DNA of 64,000 nucleotides from Candidatus Omnitrophota bacterium (GTDB lineage Bacteria; Omnitrophota; Omnitrophia; Omnitrophales; Aquincolibacteriaceae): NCBI GenBank assembly GCA_043808175.1, contig JAZDFE010000040.1, positions 1,410 to 65,409 of the forward strand, read 5' to 3'. Shown piece by piece: positions 63,984 to 64,000 of this stretch (position 1 is its first letter; each line of letters starts with the position of its first letter). The notes under the pieces were generated by a model. It saw only the letters and a program-made list of their open reading frames with translations, ran no database searches and was not told where the DNA came from. The position numbers and the translations under genes were made by a program.

Positions 63984-64000
63984 TCATTTGAGCTGTATTT

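Overview
This 64-kb window is a bacterial chromosome segment with no rRNA genes, no CRISPR array and one tRNA. The gene content includes PATR-repeat adhesins, a futalosine-type Mqn protein, a split transketolase, homospermidine synthase, rubrerythrin and a giant ORF. To me this suggests an uncultivated anaerobic PVC/Omnitrophota-like lineage, but that is an unverified guess.

The window has three parts.

(1) 1-7.7 kb looks accessory. It holds the 5' part of a huge minus-strand PATR adhesin gene that runs off the left edge and is therefore absent from the ORF track. It also holds a small membrane protein, an orphan 5'-truncated autotransporter beta-barrel gene, a large serine recombinase abutting that truncation point, and tRNA-Asn(GTT).

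(2) 7.8-45.8 kb is ordinary housekeeping: gpmA, rubrerythrin, hemW-like, ArsR, PtsN-like, USP, receiver, transporters, homospermidine synthase, ADH, an LpxL-like acyltransferase, an RlmD-like methyltransferase, YgiQ, sodB, folA, thyA, a GldF/G-type ABC system, GGT-like, split transketolase, an M24 peptidase and an Mqn protein. This part also contains a NuoB-like gene remnant and many unusual intergenic hairpins built from duplicated 7-9-mers.

(3) 45.8-63.4 kb is the standout. A 15,087-nt single ORF (5,028 aa) carries a signal peptide and is cut into nine protein-sized modules by eight in-frame R-S-E-x-R pentapeptides. The modules include alpha-amylase-like, MraZ-like, glycogen synthase, NDK-like and alpha-glucan phosphorylase units, plus an array of about eight HTH units. 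A 741-aa paralog of module 1 is encoded divergently. The shared promoter region carries three TTGCY direct repeats phased at 10 bp. I interpret this as a candidate secreted polyprotein system that has not been described.
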